A stretch of 64,000 bases of DNA from Selaginella moellendorffii. Lineage: Eukaryota; Plantae; Lycopodiophyta. The DNA lies in contig NW_003314262.1 of assembly GCF_000143415.4 (NCBI RefSeq), forward strand, positions 1,167,960-1,231,959, in the 5' to 3' direction. The notes below the pieces were generated by a model. That model had not been told where the DNA came from. It was given only the letters and a program-made list of their open reading frames with translations, and did not search any database. The position numbers and the translations under genes are program-made. Shown here piece after piece: positions 54,501 to 64,000 of the stretch; position 1 is the stretch's first letter; each line of letters starts with the position of its first letter.

Positions 54501-57500
54501 TGTTTGTTTGTTTGTTTGTTTGTTTGTTTGTTTTTCGGGTTTTGTTTAGTTTTTTCTTGGAGATTATCGGCCTCTTGTTCGAGATACTCATGGAAACGTT
54601 CTCGATCAGGTAAATAAAATGATGTAAGTGCTTTTATTTAGTTTTAGTCCTGAGTGTTGTTCTTTTCCGGTATTGTTCTTGCAAAAACTGAGTATCTTTC
54701 TTTTACAGGAAACTCAGTTGCCTCCTCATCAAAGGAATCTTCAAGATCTCTTGTGCGATGCAAGTAAGCTGGTGACTTCGCACCTCGTCCAACTTATTTT
54801 TCTGTTTCATTTTCAGGCTTGATTCCCTATCCAGAACCTTATCAAAGCTCGTACCAGCAACGTCGTCTGGGACTCCTAGGTTGCTACTGGCAACCACCAT
54901 CAGTTCAGCTCGCAGTGGGAACGTTTGATGATCCAGTGTTCATTCCTCAAGATCAGCCTCAAGCAGTAGTTGCCGCTCTACAAGCAATCGAGCAAACAAA
55001 CGAGCAAGGCAACAGATGGGTAGAACAACCGGCGGATGGTGAGGCAATGGACTGGGATGAAGAAGTCACTGGATTGAGTGACGATTCTGGTTCTGATTAC
55101 TGCGCGAGCGAAGAAAGCTCGAGTGACGAGGATGGAAATGAAGAAAGTGGTACGATCTGTGAATCGGAAACAACCGACAAAGAAATTGACGAAATTGATT
55201 CTGATGGGGTTCGTAACCGAAGAAGAAGGAAAAAGAAGAGAGAGGTACGTACGTCCAGCTTTTGCGTCTCTGATAACTTCAATGGTGATTGTCCACTACA
55301 GATACTCGCAACCTTGGTGAGGAAGCAAAAGCGCAGGCGCTTGGAGGAGTCAAACAATGCTCTTGTGATGCCTGAGGAAACGCAGAGGTTGAGGTCTAGA
55401 AAGCGGATAAGAAAGTCAAACCCGGACCATGCATTGAGGCCTATGAGGATGGCAGCTCGGAATGCCTTGACCATGTTTTCGAGCTTACATGAGTACGAAG
55501 ACGACGAAGCACGCCGCCTGGCCGCTGAGGATGCCAAAAGACCTGGTACATCTGGAGAGAACGAGAACCAGAGGCTTCTACGCAACGGGAAAGTTCTTAC
55601 AGAAACTCAGGAACCTGAAGACGATGAACCTCCGAAGAAGAGTCCCGCAGAGACTTCGGACGTGGGTGAATGCAGGCGGCCAAGGTCTCAGCGAAAGTTA
55701 GTACTCAAGTTGAGAAACTGTGCACAAACGTCCAACAACGAGGATACTTTTCGGAGCCTCGAAATACCAGAACAAGGCACTTCTAAGGTCCCCGTGGCCG
55801 AGGCTAATGACAGTCATCCAGAAACAGATGGTTTTATCGCGGACGAGAATCCCACTGAAGCTGTTTCGTCTGACGACAAACAGGGATACATATGGAAGAA
55901 GGGGAAAGCAGCCAAGCGTGCTCGCATGCCTTATCACAGCAGCAGCAGCAGCTCCGAAGAGGATAAACTGGTAGACGTTCCTTGCGATATCAAGAAAGGC
56001 TTTGAAGCGACTCGTGTAGAAAATGGAGACACAAAGGTGGTGGCAAGGGCGATCATTAGCGAGTCCGAGTCGGAGAGGTCTCTTTCAGCTGACTACCTTG
56101 ACGAACAGCAGAGACGAGAGCAGAATCACACTCTTATGAGCAATGAGTCCTTACAGAATGGAGAAGCTCCAGATGGTGACAATGACCCTGATTACCACGA
56201 AGAGGTTTCACCAGGCAGTAACAGTGAGTCGCTGGAGGATGCTTACAAGCCCGAGGAAGAGCAGGCAAGTGAGGACCTGGACGTGGACGATATACAAATG
56301 AAGCGCAATATGAACAAGGCCGTCTACTCAAGGAGAAGGCCTCGCAAAGTTGCGACTCGGACCGAGTGTTATGAGGCCGACGAGCACGCTTCAGGTGGCC
56401 GCAGGAGAAGTACACGGCTGGCGCAGGGTCGCGTGGTTAGTCTCTCCAACAGCAGGTCCACAAGAAGCAGGAGAAACGTCGGCCGTCCCTCACACTGGGA
56501 AGCTAGCTCGTCTTACGACGACTCGGACTGGGATCGAAGCAGCGACGACAATGGACGCCGAAAGCCCGAAAGAAGAACTTCGAGCAGACTTAAAGTGAAG
56601 CTGCAGAAGAACGTGGGGTCGAGGTACAAGGATTTCCACGTGAGGAGAAACTTGAGCACGGTGCATCGGAGTCCGAGCAACGTGTCCTGGTTACTCTTGA
56701 CAGAGGTGGAGCGGACGCGCTACATCCCACAGTATGGTGATGAGGTGGTGTACTTCCGACAGGTAAGAGATCCAGTCTTGAATTATGTTTGAATTGAAAC
56801 TGTCGATCGCAGGGACATCAAGACTACTTAGACAACAAGCGGCTCGACGACGATGGTCCCTGGAGAAGCGTGAAAAGGGAACTGCAAGCGGTCGAGTTCT
56901 GCGAGATCACCGGACTGGAGTACATCATTCTCGAAGTGTCGGGGAACACTTGTTGCCGGCTGACTCTCGAGTTCATGGACGGGTACAGGATTCGCGGCAG
57001 CAGCTTCAGCGTCGACTTGCCGGAGCTGACAGACTTCGCCGACTTTATAGTGGAGAAAAGCCGCTACGAGGCCTCCATGGCTAGGAAGTGGTCCAGTCGG
57101 GACAAGTGCCAAGTGTGGTGGAGGTCGGACGAGGAAGAAGGTGGTCGCTGGTGGGAAGGGACGATAACTCAGGTGAAGGCAAAGTCGCCCGAGTTTCCAA
57201 ACAGCCCCTGGGACAGCATCAGTGTGCTGTACAAGGACGAGCCATCGACGACGAACCACTGCCCCTGGGAGCTTCACGACGTTGAGAATCCTTTAACTTG
57301 GGAGTCGCCACAGATCGAGCAGGACAAGGTGCGTGAGCTGCTCGACATCGTGGACGAGGTGCTCCACTCGAACCAATCCAAGGTTTGTTTTTGCGCGATC
57401 GATCATAGACGTGAGGAAGGTTTTGCTTTTGCTTTTGGCTTGACGAGCTTTTGCTTTTCGCAGGACGAGTATGGCTTGTGGAGGTTGCAGCAGGCCGTGA

Positions 57501-57774
57501 GCAAGCCGGATTTTCTTGACAGGCAAGTTGGAAAAATCTCTTGCGATTGAGAAAGAAGCTAAAGGTTTTCAATCAATGCAGGATTGCGCTACCAATCTCC
57601 ATGGACGTGATTCGCGAGCGGCTGGAGAACAACTATTATCGTAGCGTGATGGCGGTGTCACACGATCTTAGGATACTGATCGACAACTTCCGGACATATT
57701 TTGGGAAACAGCATTCGTCGGTGCTCAAGGTGGAGCGGCTGAGAGAACGCTTCTCTGAGGCACTGCAAATGTGA
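51599..57774 (+). CDS. WD40-repeat and bromodomain protein (BRWD/PHIP-like), multi-exon
   Basis: EVYFLIMHFL..GPC, LRGHRNAVYC, TGSDDRLVKIW, multiple WD repeats, RYIPQYGDEVVYFRQ, C-terminal bromodomain-like ERLENNYYRS. Confidence 0.93.
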
Positions 57775-58224
57775 GCTTTGTAAAAATTTCCTCGAGGTCT
57801 TAGTTAACGAAGAATAGAAACATTTTCCTTACACATCCATCTACATTGTCAAACACGAGATTATTCCGAGGATCACTCTCATACCTGGAAAACCATGAGG
57901 AAGAAGGAAGTCGAGGAGATGGGGCGCCATTCTTCTCCTCTTCCTCCTCCTCTTGTCATCGAGGCCGCGTGGAAATCGCGAGAATCCACTGACAAGGAAC
58001 TCGAGTTCCCGCCAGACCACTGTACGAACGGCGGCCCACCAAGAAAGTGGCCAGTGGCCCATTGTACGTAACATTGCCTTTATTCCAAAAAAGGGATCGC
58101 TAGCATAGGGTTCTTGCGAAGATAGGGCGGGTGGCTCGAAATTCTGGTAAGCGTCATTCCGTCTTGCAAAGCTGCTGCAAACCCCGATTTCTCGCAGCTG
58201 CAAAGCCTTGTTGCGGACCTGGCG

Positions 58225-58704
58225 ATGGAATTTCTGATTGCGATGGTGCTTGTTAGCACCATTGCGATCAGTGTGCTGTGCATCGTGACCACAGCTTGTG
58301 TGCTGGTGCTGGCATCTGCCATGCGTGCAGGAATGGGAGCCGTGACTGAGAATCTCCAGGTGATGGCCTCTGGCATTCATGCGGCAGTGAGGGCGGACGT
58401 GCAAGGGATCCATGGTGCAGTGAGGGAGGATGTGCCAGCAATCCGTGGAGCCATAAAGGAAGACGTTGTTGCTGTGGTTGGAGCAGGAATGGGATCCATC
58501 CGTGCAGCAGTGAGGGAGGTCCATGGTGCCTTGAAGGAGGACTTTGTTGCTGTGGTTGGAGCACTGAATGTTGCGGCTATGCGTGCTGCAATCAAGGAGG
58601 ACCTCCAGGCACTTCACGACACAGTGAAGGAGGATGTTATAGCAGCCCACAACCAAGTCATGATCGACTGTTCCACATCCCTCTATCAGGTAAGCATTTG
58701 TTAG
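58225..58704 (+). CDS. Orphan protein: N-terminal hydrophobic helix plus ~11-residue repeats (possibly one exon of a larger gene)
   Basis: 159-aa ORF with 33-bp periodicity, a CAG acceptor at 58197 in frame and a GTAAG donor at 58690. Confidence 0.6.
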   Translation: MEFLIAMVLVSTIAISVLCIVTTACVLVLASAMRAGMGAVTENLQVMASGIHAAVRADVQGIHGAVREDVPAIRGAIKEDVVAVVGAGMGSIRAAVREVHGALKEDFVAVVGALNVAAMRAAIKEDLQALHDTVKEDVIAAHNQVMIDCSTSLYQVSIC

Positions 58705-59283
58705 ATCTAGATTTTGTGCGGCCTTTAAAATACTGGATCAGGGTTTGGATGGCTTGATCCAGTCGTGTGCAAAGAGCACAGTGGTGGGTAAGTGGCGCTG
58801 CTGCTGGTTCAATGATCAGTAGTTGATTCATAGAAACGACAAAGCTGTTCTTTTTTTTTCTCAGGAAAAATTTTTCTGATTCGGATCTTCGTTCTTCGAA
58901 ATAAAAAGGCTCATATGTCGTGAGCTTCTGATAGTAAGTCTTTTTCCGGGCAAGAACATACACATGAACGTGGTCTGGCATTGTCTAATTGGTACTTCCT
59001 TGTAGGTGGATGAGTGTAACTATTTATTCAGGAGACTATTTATTCAGGAGGTCCTTTGGAGCTGCGGATATCGCATATAGTCACTCGGTTCAAATGCTTT
59101 GTATGGTAACGGAACATTCAATCGAAGCTTTCAAGTTTTCTGTCTTCAAGTAGACTCGGGTGCAATCTTCATGCAGCTTAGCTAACCTCTCGTGCAGACT
59201 GACTAACATTCGTGGCTTTACGGTCTGATGTTGGAGTTGATCATCACCTGCATGAACAAGACGAGGAGATCGAGTTGGGGAAG

Positions 59284-62200
59284 TTATCATGCACTTCCTG
59301 AGGAGAGGCCCTTACGAGAGAGCCACTGACTAGCTCTGGAACGAGCTCCTACAGCACAAGCTCTTGCCCCGGAGGTACCATCAGGAATGGAACGCCCCCC
59401 GCCGACGAGAATGACGATGGTTTGTCGTTCCCACTCAGCTACGCGCAAGTTGCCGAGAGGTATTGTGTGTCGCCAAGTTCTTTGTTTTCGGTTTGTCTTG
59501 CTGACAAAAGGATGGATTTTTTTTTTTCGATTTTCAGATATAAGAACGTTGACAACAACCACTTGGTTAAGCTCTTGCAGCAACTACTTGTTCACGACAA
59601 GTCCGCGTCCTTGCTTTATGCGAAAGTTCCCAAGCAATTGACCGCCGCGGACGTTCCTACGCTTTTGGGGTCAGGAGCATTCTCGCTTTTGGAATGTAAG
59701 CCGTGTGCTTTTCGAATCTTGCCGTTGCTGATCCGAGCAAACTTCATACAGCGGAGCAAAGCAATGCTACTAGTATCTCTACCAAGAGAATAGAACAAAT
59801 GCGATGGCCGCATTGGCAAGCTGACCAAGTTCATGCTCTCGCGTTCCGTGAACTTGGTGGTGGATTTGCAAAGCATCACAGACCGCCATCCACACGGACT
59901 GTGAAACATGTTATCATCAAGCCTTCTGTACTGGTGAACAGAATAAGAATCATCCAGGTGCTAAGGGGTCATCGTAATGCGGTATATTGTGGTACGTGTT
60001 TCTTTTCTTTTTGATTTTCAAGACCTATTAACGAAGCGATAAACGTGCAGCCGTTTTTGATCGTACTGGACGGTATCTTGTCACTGGCTCGGACGACCGG
60101 CTTGTGAAGATATGGTCCGTAGAAAATAGACTTTGCCTTCGTAGCTGTAGAGGACACGAGGTACTATTTTCTGCATCCGTTTCGAATATTGTGCTTAAAA
60201 CCTGGCTTTTAGGGGGATATAACCGATTTGTCTGTAAGTAGTTCGAACACTCTAGTTGCATCAGCTTCTAACGATTCCTCCATCCGTGTTGTAAGTATTC
60301 CTTTGTTGTGTTTTTGTTTCTTCTTTTGATTTATTTCGCTTCTGCCTATAGTGGGGATTACCAGATGGTGTTCCGGTTGCAATACTTCGTGGCCACACGG
60401 CGGGCGTAACGGCCATCAAATTTAGTCCTCGACCGGGCTGTGAGCACCATCTTCTATCGTAAGTGTTAATAATTTGGTTTTTCCACTATACTTGTATTAA
60501 AATCTCGTGGTTTCAAGTTCGTCTGAAGACGGAACATGCCGTATTTGGGATGCTCGGGATTCTTCTGTCAATTCACGTGTCTACATGCCGAAGCCGGATG
60601 TCGAACCCGAATGTAAAGAGTCTGCCGGTGTTTTTTTGGTCTTCTAAAAGCTTGTTTCCAGCTGCAGGAGCTGAGAATCGAGCACAGGCTACAAATCAGA
60701 TTCAGTGCTGTGCGTTTAATGCAGATGGCTCATACTTTGTCACTGGGAGTTCGGACAAGCTTGCCAGGGTAAGCATTTAAAGTGGACTTTTTATATTTCT
60801 GACAATTGTTGGAACAGGTTTGGGACGCAAGAAAGTGGGCGGACGAGTACACTGGAAGGCCAAATCATGAGCATGACATTCTTAGTGGACACGAGAATGT
60901 AGTTAACTACGTGCAGTTCAGGTTCGCCTCTTTGGCTTGGTCCTCGTTGACATCAATCGTCCTTTGTTCCAGTGGTTGTGCAGAGCCAATCAAAGTTTCT
61001 CCCGTCGACTTTTTGAAGGATGACAACGTCCCTGACAACATACCGAAGTTCAAAACAACCTGGTATACTGTGCCGCTCATTGCTATCTGGTTTTAACGTT
61101 GGTTTTGTTCAGGTTTCCTCAAGATAGCATAGTTACTTGCTCAAGAGACGGCACTGCTATTATCTGGTCTCCTCGTCCTAGGAAACAGGTGTGCATGGCC
61201 TTTCTTTCTGTGTAACTAATGCCATGACTGCTCCTCTTTCCTCCAGCTGAAGCTAGGTCGATGGGTGAAAGCTTATCATTTGAAAGTACCGCCCCCTCCG
61301 ATGCCACAGCCTCCCCTTCGAACTGGTGGACCTCGACAAAAACTGCTTCCGACTCCTCGAGGTGTTAATATGATAGTCTGGAGTTTGGACAATCGTTTTG
61401 TACTCGCCGCGATTATGGGTAAGATACCTCACGAACTAATTTTATGGAATAACATGGATGTGCAGATTGCCGGATATGTGTTTGGAATGCGGTTGATGGC
61501 AGTCTGGTGCACTGTTTAACCGGCCATACCAAGCAGGTATTGAAATGGAATGTATTGATTTCATTCTTTCTTAACAACTGTTATTTAGACTTACGTGCTA
61601 GATGTACATCCATGCAATCCTCGCATTGCAATGAGTGCGGGCTACGATGGCCGAGTTATTGTGTGGGATGTAAGTGTATTCGCTCAAAAAAAATGATCAC
61701 GAATTTTGTTTTAGATCTGGGAGGGCCGTCCAGTAAGGACATTTGAGACGGGAGATTATAATCTTGTCGATGGCAACTTTTCACCGTAAGCTTGTTCTCA
61801 TATCCATATACTGTTCTCATGTTTGCCAATTTTCAGGGATGGAACCTCATTGGTTGTTTCCGATGAGGTCGGCCAGGTCTACCTTTTTTCTACGGGAGCA
61901 CCAAGTCAAGACGACGAAGATGCGAAATACGACCAGGTATCAGGAAGATTAGCTTCAGATCCTTCTCCTAACAGCTTTTTGTTTGTTTGTTTGTTTGTTT
62001 GTTTTTCGGGTTCTGTGTAGTTTTTTCTTGGAGATTATCGGCCTCTTGTTCGAGATACTCATGGAAACGTTCTCGATCAGGTAAATAAAAATGATGTAAG
62101 TGCTTTTATTTAGTTTTAGTCCTGAGTGTTGTTCTTTTCCGGTATTGTTCTTGCAAAAACTGAGTATCTTTCTTTTACAGGAAACTCAGTTGCCTCCTCA

Positions 62201-64000
62201 TCAAAGGAATCTTCAAGATCTCTTGTGCGATGCAAGTAAGCTGGTGACTTCTCACCTCGTCCAACTTATTTTTCTGTTTCATTTTCAGGCTTGATTCCCT
62301 ATCCAGAACCTTATCAAAGTTCGTACCAGCAACGTCGTCTGGGACTCCTAGGTTGCTACTGGCAACCACCGTCAGTTCAGCTCGCAGTGGGAACGTTTGA
62401 TGATCCAGCGTTCATTCCTCAAGATCAGCCTCAAGCAGTAGTTGCCGCTCTACAAGCAATCGAGCAAACAAACGAGCAAGGCAACAGATGGGTAGAAAAA
62501 CCGGCGGATGGTGAGGCAATGGACTGGGATGAAGAAGTCACTGGATTGAGTGACGATTCTGGTTCTGATTACTGCGCGAGCGAAGAAAGCTCGAGTGACG
62601 AGGATGGAAATGAAGAAAGTGGTACGATCTGTGAATCGGAAACAACCGACAAAGAAATTGACGAAATCGATTCTGATGGGGTTCGTAACCGAAGAACAAG
62701 GAAAAAGAAGAGAGAGGTACGTACGTCCAGCTTTTGCGTCTCTGATAACTTCAATGGTGATTGTCCACTACAGATACTCGCAACCTTGGTGAGGAAGCAA
62801 AAGCGCAGGCGCTTGGAGGAGTCAAACAATGCTCTTTTGATACCTGAGGAAACGCAGAGGTTGAGGTCTAGAAAGCGGATAAGAAAGTCAAACCCGGACC
62901 ATGCATTGAGGCCTATGAGGATGGCAGCTCGGAATGCCTTGACCATGTTTTCGAGCTTACATGAGTACGAAGACGACGAAGCACGCCGCCTGGCCGTTGA
63001 GGATGCCAAAAGACCTGGTACATCTGGAGAGAACGAGAACCAGAGGCTTCTACGCAACGGGAAAGTTCTTACAGAAACTCAGGAACGTGAAGACGATGAA
63101 CCTCCGAAGAAGAGTCCCGCAGAGACTTTGGACGTGGGTGAATGCAGGCGGCCAAGGTCTCAGCGAAAGTTAGTACTCAAGTTGAGAAACTGTGCACAAA
63201 CGTCCAACAACGAGGATACTTTTCGGAGCCTCGAAATACCAGAACAAGGCACTTCTAAGGTCCCCGTGGCCGAGGCTAATGACAGTCATCCAGAAACAGA
63301 TGGTTTTATCGCGGACGAGAATCCCACTGAAGCTGTTTCGTCTGACGACAAACAGGGATACATATGGAAGAAGGGGAAAGCAGCCAAGCGTGCTCGCATG
63401 CCTTATCACAGCAGCAGCAGCTCCGAAGAGGATAAACTGGTAGACGTTCCTTGTGATACCAAGAAAGGCCTTGAAGCGACTCGTGTAGAAAATGGAGACA
63501 CAAAGGTGGTGGCAAGGGCGATCATTAGCGAGTCCGAGTCGGAGAGGTCTCTTTCAGCTGACTACCTTGACGAACAGCAGAGACGAGAGCAGAATCACAC
63601 TCTTATGAGCAATGAGTCCTTACAGAATGGAGAAGCTCCAGATGGTGACAATGACCCTGATTACCACGATGAGGTTTCACCAGGCAGTAACAGTGAGTCG
63701 CTGGAGGATGCTTACAAGCCCGAGGAAGAGCAGGCAAGTGAGGACCTGGACGTGGACGATATACAAATGAAGCGCAATATGAACAAGGCCGTCTACTCAA
63801 GGAGAAGGCCTCGCAAAGTTGCGACTAAGACCGAGTGTTATGAGGCCGACGAGCACGCTTCAGGTGGCCGCAGGAGAAGTACACGGCTGGCGCAGGGTCG
63901 CGTGGTTAGTCTCTCCAACAGCAGGTCCACAAGAAGCAGGAGAAACGTCGGCCGTCCCTCACACTGGGAAGCTAGCTCGTCTTACGACGACTCGGACTGG
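59284..64000 (+). pseudogene. Second, 5'-damaged tandem copy of the BRWD/PHIP-like gene (runs off the window)
   Basis: Near-identical to 51786-56531 including introns. The first exon lacks its start and has an in-frame TAG (~59330) and deletions. Confidence 0.85.

Noticed and set aside
57841-58656. 271-aa His/Cys-rich minus-strand ORF
   Set aside because: Antisense shadow of the repeat ORF; splice signals and the TM segment support the + strand.

Overview
Eukaryotic land-plant nuclear DNA. Introns of about 45-90 nt, intergenic spacers often under 150 bp and the gene set suggest a very compact lycophyte genome such as Selaginella (inference). The window has two halves. (1) 1-21.9 kb is a nest of decayed Ty3/gypsy LTR retroelements. 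It holds a 6.6-kb non-coding LARD-like element with minisatellite-bearing LTRs, a + strand chromovirus gag-pol remnant, a - strand integrase-chromodomain remnant, two solo LTRs, a 100-N gap and low-quality sequence. (2) 21.9-64 kb is a dense gene island: XTH, TBC RabGAP, two small plastid proteins, HEMF1/CPOX, SPT6 with a GW/WG tail, mTERF, two F-box paralogs, a PP2C remnant, EMC7, CER3, HEMC, an SDR, XRN3, a WD40-bromodomain gene with a 5'-damaged tandem copy, and an orphan TM plus 11-mer-repeat ORF. The most unusual signals are two host-sized GT-AG insertions in a retrotransposon integrase whose splicing would restore the local reading frame, tRNA T-arm/B-box hairpins and an invariant 17-mer shared by two LTR families, and the orphan amphipathic-repeat protein. 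All calls come from manual reading; no searches were run.
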